Positions 35,699 through 43,618 of a stretch of 43,618 nt of DNA are shown here, piece after piece. Under the pieces are notes generated by a model, which did not search any database, was not told the origin of the DNA, and saw only the letters and a list, made by a program, of their open reading frames with translations. The stretch comes from Octopus bimaculoides (taxonomy: Eukaryota), in NCBI RefSeq assembly GCF_001194135.2, contig NC_068993.1, positions 31,135,164 through 31,178,781 of the forward strand, written 5' to 3'. A program made the translations under genes and the position numbers. Each line of letters begins with the position of its first letter. The first letter of the stretch is position 1.

Positions 35699-36270
35699 GA
35701 GTGAGAAAGCAGTGCATACCATCAAAATGAAACTGGGGTAAAATATACGATGTCCAGTATACCCACCATGACTACCCGTCTGATAAGGGTAAGCCAGGTA
35801 CATGCATCACAACTATATGTGCACGACATGGTGATCTCATATCAGGATAAAGAGCGCATGACCTTTTAGGTGGGGCCCGGTTACAGATATTTTCATGTCG
35901 AGTGGCCCATCCTCAAACGGTCCTTAAATAAGTGTTGTTTAAGGATATTGAACGAAATACCCATATTTCACTGCAGTAAATTATTCAAACCTCAAAGAAT
36001 TCTTCTATTCTGATTTCATTCAAATTTTTATAATTTTATAACTTGTTAGTTTCCTCTTTGAGTTGAGTGTCGTTCCTGAAAAATATCTTGATACTGTTAA
36101 CTCTTTTTGTGCTAGCTTACTGCATTCACTTAAGAGATGGTTAATATTTTCATCTCCTTTCTCACAGATTTTGAATTTACTTTCTGCGTGAGTTTCATCA
36201 GCTTTTGTCTTTATCAATTGCATTCCAATGGCTTGTTCCCGAACGAGTCAGTTTTCCGTTACAAGTTTGC
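35699..36270 (-). mobile_element. R4/Dong-clade fragment J (knuckle region) joined to a ~300-bp 3' UTR-like segment ending in AAT tail
   Basis: ORF 36020..36223: ESKFKICEKGDENINHLLSECSKLAQKE (degenerate CCHC); segment 35699-36000 ends CTTTCTCACTC(AAT)n on the minus strand. Confidence 0.75.
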
Positions 36271-38159
36271 GTCTGTCCTTTTAATGAATATGTCTGAGCA
36301 ACACTCATCCTCATTGTCTCGATTATCGGACGTTTTGTAGAGTGACATGTAATTAACTGAGAGGACTCTCTCACCATTATTAGCAAATAGAGTCAAGACA
36401 AAACTAATCAACGCATTTAAATCAACAATCCACAAGCCACAGTTAATAAGCATCTTCTTAAAAAGCTAAAACTATTTTGGATTATATAATCATGGTTTCA
36501 TAGTCATGGTTAAAAGATTTTGATCATGGGTTTCTTGAATAGTAAATAAGTGACAGCCTAGGGTTAAACAATCACGGAATAAATGTCATCTGTATAAACC
36601 TGACAACACAGTACATGATAAAACGTCGACATTAGCCAAACCGTGAACTAAAGTGAATCTCAGTGCGAAATGTTTAGTTGCTTCTCTCAATAACACTACA
36701 TTTGATAAGAAAAGCCATGGCTCAGTTAAACGGCAGGGAAGAATATAAAACAGAAAACTGTAGCGAAATGCACGAACGATGTTTTCAAGAGATAAGATTT
36801 AGAATCGTTAAGTAGATCAGGAAATATTCTGCGCTTAATTGAAACTAGGAACATTAATTAGGTTCTCATCGTATTGAAATTACGTGTAATTCAGAACTTT
36901 AATCGTGCATTTGATTTATCGCTTCTCTTTAATGCTCAAACCATTCCTCTTTAGATCAGTTTTACAGCGAAAAACCACAAAGAATATATAAGGTTATACA
37001 CATAAATCATCGGATATAGATTTTGATTCCCTGTGTACATGCGTGTTGTGTACTTAGGTATACACACCGACAAAATACTGCAAGCGCACACATCAGCGCA
37101 AACAGATACAGGCATACATATATTTAATTACACACCCATGCTTACTTGCACGTTTATTACGCACAAATATGTTCATAGTTATACACATATATATAAATGT
37201 GTGCGTGCAATATATTACAAAATTTCGTAAAGTTGTACATGGTATTAACGAGAATGTTTAAGAAGTTACTGCTAGAAATATAACCACATACATTTATTAC
37301 AATGCGAATATAAATCGAATTTCAATATGTATTTTTATTCTTACTTTGCCTGGAAGAAGATGCAATGCTCAGGATCTTTACAAGCTCTCCGACACTGATG
37401 AGAGTGATATGTTTAGCATTACTCTGCTCAAACGGTTAACATTTCACGCTCGATGGTAAGTCCAGGACAAAGTGTAATTTCCAGAGACCCGACGTCTTGA
37501 GTGAATGCATTGGGTGTAATTGCTTTTGTGGAGCTGGATGGGGTTGGAAACAACATAGTTGATGAGATGAAATGAGTGAGTTCGATGTATGCAAAATACA
37601 AAAGTGCGAAACTAGCCAGCTTCGAGAAGTCATTTTGTTAAAGGTATAATAGACGCAAAGAGGAGACATCACATCTGGGAGTAGAACATGAAGTGTGCCT
37701 ATAATTGACTTTATACCAACCGGTTGAATAACCTTTCTCTGAATAATGTTTTGCATACTTGTACGTGTGGCAGTAACGCTGTTTATGATATAGGCGCAAA
37801 GACTGTTTTGCGCCTCATTTGAGATTTGTAAGTGTCAGTAAGTGTAAAGGGTGAAAATATGTTCTGGTGCCAAGAGAAAGCTAAATCATTGGAATGCGGT
37901 CAGAGTTATAGAAATGATTTACTTTCAACGAACGACATCCTTCCTGTGACCGGGAACTGACATTTGGAACGATTACGAGGAATTGTGATATTTGAAGCGT
38001 CTGCATAGCGAAAGTGGAGTGGCATTTCAAATTCTCTTTGCTATAGCGACAAAATTGGCATAGCCGCGGGCGTCCGCTCACATGCATACATATATAGATA
38101 GATATGCGTGTATAAGAATATTTATACATATGTAAATATGCATGTGCATATATATGTAA

Positions 38160-38224
38160 TATATAATATATATAATATATATATATATATATAAACATAC
38201 ACATGCATATATATATAGCATCAT

Positions 38225-38270
<46 letters not shown>
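38160..38270. repeat. (TA)n-rich tract
   Basis: Direct reading. Confidence 0.95.
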
Positions 38271-38274
<4 letters not shown>

Positions 38275-38426
38275 GACTTAGGGCTGGTTTGATTCCTTTC
38301 TGTTGAAGATCGAAGGCTCGAACCGTAAAAAATACTTTCTCAATTACCCGAGTGTCAATCTAATACACCTCCTCGTTGTTTATACACCTGTCTTCGTCTT
38401 TGTTTTTCTGTAAATTTCAGCTCTCT

Positions 38427-38864
38427 CTATATGTACATATGTATATATAATACAAGTGATATGTGAGCATATGCATATATACATACATATATGTACATAC
38501 CCACATCTATATGTATATATAGATGCATATCCGGGTACAGGACGTCTAAAAACGTGGATAAAAACGGAAAGGCAACATCAAAAAAGCACGTCTGTATATA
38601 TATATATATATGTGTATATATATGAGTATATATATGTGTATATGTATATATATATGTGTGTGTATGCATATATATATGTATATATGTATATATATATGTG
38701 TATGTATATATATATGTATATATATATATGTGTGTGAATGTATATATATATAGATATAAATGTATATGTATATATAGGAGTATGTGTATATATATGCATA
38801 TAAATATATGCTTATATATATGTATATATATATATGTGTGTATGTATGTATATATATATATGTA

Positions 38865-38907
<43 letters not shown>

Positions 38908-39315
38908 GTATGTATATATATATGTATATATATGTATGTATATATATGTGTGTATATATATATGTATATATATGTGTGTGTATATATATGCATATATATG
39001 TATATATATATATGAGTGTATGTACATATGTGTATATACATGTGTATATATATGTGTATATGTATGTGCATATATATATATATGTACATATATATATGTG
39101 TAGATATATGTATATATATGTGTATATATATATATGTATATATATATGTATATATATATATATGTATATATACGTATGTATATGTGTATATATATGTGTA
39201 TATATATATATGTGTGTGTATATATATATATATATATATGTGCATATATATGCATATATATGTATATATATAAGTATGTGTATATATATGTATATAAATA
39301 TATGCATATATATGT
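38427..39315. repeat. ~0.9-kb cryptic (TA)/(TG) alternating purine-pyrimidine tract with a ~65-bp non-repeat insert at ~38530-38595
   Basis: Direct reading; generates the long Y/I/H/T ORFs. Confidence 0.95.
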
Positions 39316-39384
39316 TTTGTTGTCACATTCTTTCAAATCTCTTAGGAGGATATTTACATAAAATATCGAACAACAGGGAATGAT

Positions 39385-40098
39385 TTTAATTTGACTAGAC
39401 TGATAATTCAAGACGAAGGTTTTTATTTCACTCATTAGTGATTTTTGTACGCTGACGATTGCGATCTTGTCTGTCATTCTGAAACATGTTTGCAATCTCT
39501 TGTATCTGCATTTGACTCGGCTGATGATGATGATGTTGGCTTAACCATCAACTTAGAAAACACAGTTGAAATGCATCAACCTGCATGTGGTGCTGTTTGA
39601 AACCCCACTAAAATTTTTGTTAAGGGAATGTTACTTCAGCTTGTCTGATCGTTCGTCTACCTTGGAAGTTCTGTTCAGAATGATGGAAATCTTAATACAG
39701 AAATACAGTTGCAAATTCAAAGGGCAGCAAAGCATTTGGTGGCTTGGAGTCACGCGTTTGGTGCCAGGAACTTATACATAAGAATACAAAGCTGGCTCCT
39801 TACAAATCACTTGTCTTACCATCACTGTTGTATTCCTGTGAAACTTGGACTTGTTATGAAAGGCATTTTAACTTGTTACAACAATTCCACCAAAGATGCC
39901 TTCATCGCATTTTAAAAATGAAATGCAGTTCCTTTAGTCCAAACACAGATGTCCTTGCATCTGCAGGCATCCCCTCAATTAAAGCTATCATTTTGAGAAA
40001 CCAACTGAGATAGTGTTGCCCTATTCTTCGAATGGCAGATGAACGCATGCCGAAACAGCTGATTTATGGTGAGCTTGCAGAGGGGAAACGCTATTACT
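39385..40098 (+). mobile_element. RTE-clade LINE reverse transcriptase fragment
   Basis: [88 protein letters not shown]; several frameshifts. Confidence 0.92.
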
Positions 40099-40424
40099 GA
40101 GCTAGACTAATAAGGTTACGTAACCATTGGACAAAATGTTTAAAAGTTTCAGACATGCAGCGTTCTCTTGGTGAGATACCGGATGTAAATATGTTAAAAG
40201 GTTCAAGTAAGTAGATATAGTATTTAACATAAATAAATAAGAATTAAAAGGAAGTAAATATATGTTTATAAAAGTAATAATAAGGGATTAAATATGGGTC
40301 AGTTCAACAAGATTAATTAAAACTTATTAATAAAATTATTTAAATAGTTAAATATAATGTCCTCAAAACCAGAAGTAGGTATTTAATATAGCGGTGGATA
40401 TTAAAAGAACAGTTGGTAATAATT

Positions 40425-40690
40425 TAAATTAGGGAAATACCAAAGCAAAACAAGGTTGAAATAAATATGTATTTTTTACGGTGAATAAGAAAATAGCTTC
40501 AGATTTGGTCCATATAGAGCAATTAATATAGAGGTGAAGTGTTAATGAAAAACTAGGAACAATCTAAATTAGGGACATACAAAAAAATGAATCCCGGTAA
40601 AGGTAAACATATATAATTTACGGTGAATTAGAAAATAGTTAAAATATGTTGTTCCTATAGTATAATTCAATATTAAAGCAATTAAAAATT
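40425..40690. repeat. Diverged ~140-bp tandem duplication
   Basis: TAAATTAGGGA at 40425 and 40565; TTTACGGTGAAT-AGAAAATAG recurs at the same spacing. Confidence 0.7.
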
Positions 40691-41120
40691 ATGATTATCA
40701 TAAAGCAATAAGTTAATGGTTAGATATGCCTTCATACAAGGGGATAAAAAACCGTAAAAAGTTATTGTACATGAGATAGCAATTTGTAGAGAGCGAGGGT
40801 GGATACAGAAAAATAATAAAAGGAATTATTATGCGTGAGATAGAGAAAATCAATGGGAAAACAGAGAAGGCGGGGTAATAGATAAGCTACTAGAAAGCAA
40901 ACAAATAAACAATAAATAAAGGGATAGATAAATAATGTGCAGATTAGAGTCATAGGAGACATGTGCAAGGTATGAAGTAAAAATTATGCTAAATAATAAG
41001 TTAAGTGCGTTTATAACTACTTCAACCAAGAGATAGGAAGAAAGCTATAAAATATAAATTATTTTATTAAATAAATGTTTTTCTGAATGGTCTTGAATTG
41101 AAACAACTTTATATATGATA

Positions 41121-41161
<41 letters not shown>

Positions 41162-41806
41162 NNNNNNNNNNNNNNNNNNNNNNNNNNNNNNNNNNNNNNN
41201 NNNNNNNNNNNNNNNNNNNNNNNNNNNNNNNNNNNNNNNNNNNNNNNNNNNNNNNNNNNNNNNNNNNNNNNNNNNNNNNNNNNNNNNNNNNNNNNNNNNN
41301 NNNNNNNNNNNNNNNNNNNNNNNNNNNNNNNNNNNNNNNNNNNNNNNNNNNNNNNNNNNNNNNNNNNNNNNNNNNNNNNNNNNNNNNNNNNNNNNNNNNN
41401 NNNNNNNNNNNNNNNNNNNNNNNNNNNNNNNNNNNNNNNNNNNNNNNNNNNNNNNNNNNNNNNNNNNNNNNNNNNNNNNNNNNNNNNNNNNNNNNNNNNN
41501 NNNNNNNNNNNNNNNNNNNNNNNNNNNNNNNNNNNNNNNNNNNNNNNNNNNNNNNNNNNNNNNNNNNNNNNNNNNNNNNNNNNNNNNNNNNNNNNNNNNN
41601 NNNNNNNNNNNNNNNNNNNNNNNNNNNNNNNNNNNNNNNNNNNNNNNNNNNNNNNNNNNNNNNNNNNNNNNNNNNNNNNNNNNNNNNNNNNNNNNNNNNN
41701 NNNNNNNNNNNNNNNNNNNNNNNNNNNNNNNNNNNNNNNNNNNNNNNNNNNNNNNNNNNNNNNNNNNNNNNNNNNNNNNNNNNNNNNNNNNNNNNNNNNN
41801 NNNNNN

Positions 41807-41846
<40 letters not shown>

Positions 41847-43514
41847 ATATATACACATATACATGTACACATACACACATTTATATATGACTTATTTATT
41901 AGTGACAGAAGCAGTATTAATACAAAAAAAAAAAATCTTTATCCAGCGAAACATGGGTGATATGTTAGAACAACGAATACTGCGTTATTAGCTTTGAGAG
42001 ATCTTGTAATATAAGGACTTGGTACTTATAAGCACGCAGATAGATCGTAGCAGGTGAAATTCTTTTATGGCCGCCGGAATTCCCATATCACATAATTTAT
42101 TTCTATTGGAACTCCTCAGTGGGAAGCTGCGGGTGACTGCATGTCAGTCAAATCTTGCTGCTACGTCTTTCCAGACGCTCATGTCGCAAATACCCAGGAG
42201 GTTTATTAAAAGTTAATTATTAATAATGGAAAAGGTATCAATATCAAAAGATAATCTTTACATTTAACTAAACAGGAATACTTTGTTAGAAAACTGAATC
42301 CTGCATTAATAACTTCGCATATGAGGCATTTGATGCATAAATGTTCGCAATTGAATCGTATCAGATGAAATTTGTTTGTCATGGGTATTGAAATACCTAT
42401 ACCACGTGATTTCGTTCAATCGAAATTCAACAGTGGGACGCCCGGGTGAACAAATGCAAGTCAAATTTCACTGGCAAGTTTAGGTGGATATAAAGATTAC
42501 CTTTGTATGCATGTCTGCGAATCTTGCTGTGTATTGATACACTAGTCGATTATGCTTGTACATGTGGGCAAGTTTAATTTGGCCCTCCATGTATAAATGC
42601 CTTTGTGCTTATATGCGTTTCTGACGCTACGTTCAGTTGTCGTTGTATATATTATCAATCTAATATGTGTACGCCAGTATATATTTCTTGGCTGTATATA
42701 TGTGGTGATATATATGGCTGTTCTGAGTGATGCTTACATCATGAATTTGCAGATTCAGCAGTCGTGAATGTTCCTTAATTTGCTTTCATAAAATTTATTT
42801 TGAATTTTACACAGTACATTTAAGTTGTTCATTACCCTTTTTAAAAACACCCATGCATCACATTGCAGATTATTTCTTCCAGAATACATTCATAGTTTAG
42901 TATTCAAATATTTCCATTAACTATTTTTAAATGGATTTTGTTAAATGCAAACAAAATTCAAAGTTAATTTCTTTCAGAAGCCATAAAAAAAACTTTCGGT
43001 AGAGGCCAAATTCTTCTTAATGTAACACCCAACGCTCCATCATAATAGTGTCTCTCTTATTTCTCCCCACTTATTCTCCGCGTTATACAAGTAACTTCTC
43101 TTCTTCTTGTCTCTTTCCCTTTTATCCTGCACTTTTTATTACTTATATTGTCTCTAATACAAACTTAATATAGATAGATTTCGCACTGAATAGAGTTCCT
43201 AATTCTGAATATAAGCGCAAAAACCAAGCAGGATTAACTCTATGAAGTAATCATCGACAATGTGTGCGCAAGTGTATGCATGTATGTAAGTATGTATGTA
43301 AGAAGATAGGTAGGTGTGAACGCGCATGCAGGTGTATGATATTGCCATAGTGTATTACAGAACACATCTTTAAATTAGCCAATACTTTTGTGACGACGAA
43401 CGTAAACAATAGGCCTATATACAAAAGATGTTCTTGGATGAAAAAGAACTGCACAAATTACAGTGTGATCTATTGCAAAGTACAACAATGAAACAAAACG
43501 AAAGACTATCAACG

Positions 43515-43618
43515 CACACACATGCACATACACATACACACACATATATAATACACATACACACATACATATACATACACATATACATGCATACATACAT
43601 ATATATATATATATATAT
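43515..43618. repeat. (CA)/(TA) compound microsatellite to window end
   Basis: Direct reading. Confidence 0.95.

Noticed and set aside
37395-37430. CTGATGA followed by a perfect hairpin GAGTGAT/ATTACTC
   Set aside because: Followed by TGCTCAAAC rather than GAAA, with no stems I or III; chance match
38427-39495. 200-300 aa Y/I/H/T/M/C-rich ORFs (also 15613-16123, 33004-34553)
   Set aside because: TA/TG alternation lacks stop codons by composition
40140-40185. Minus-strand CTCACCAAGAG...GTCTGAAAC hammerhead-like stretch
   Set aside because: Too many core mismatches and no stem I
8973-41880. Long ORFs containing X runs
   Set aside because: They span assembly gaps where N codons hide stops
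42330-42480. Minus-strand frame NLTCICSPGRPTVEF... resembling an EGF repeat
   Set aside because: Only one CxCxPG match, bounded by stops, with no other cysteine pattern
1-43618. CRISPR array, rRNA, tRNA or prokaryotic operon
   Set aside because: No regularly spaced repeat-spacer units, no cloverleaf or rRNA motifs, and the context is eukaryotic repeat DNA

Overview
Repeat-dominated, AT-rich eukaryotic DNA with ten assembly gaps (N runs at 9004-9289, 13838-13959, 17137-17898, 21742-22122, 23572-23698, 24197-24472, 31550-31730, 33116-33783, 34182-34396, 41162-41806). I find no supportable host gene, rRNA, tRNA or CRISPR array; almost all listed ORFs are retroelement remnants or microsatellite/N-run artefacts. 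The microsatellite load and repeat spectrum resemble octopus/coleoid cephalopod intergenic or intronic DNA (inference only). Contents: (1) ten decayed R4/Dong-clade non-LTR retrotransposon pieces (RT, CCHC knuckle, C-terminal restriction-like endonuclease) chained head-to-tail through (AAT)n tracts; (2) two copies of a Penelope-like element 3' end (GIY-YIG C-terminus plus UTR); (3) two DD37D (maT) Tc1/mariner remnants and a mariner MITE; (4) an internally deleted Gypsy LTR element splitting one R4 copy; (5) an RTE-clade RT fragment; (6) two long inverted repeats and many microsatellites. The best candidate for something new is a 43-nt minimal type I hammerhead-like fold in both Penelope copies. 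Its core is UCGACAA instead of CUGANGA (compensatory U3-A8 pair plus U4C), and 39/43 nt are shared, with all changes confined to stem-loop II. All calls are from manual reading; no alignment, folding or database search was run.
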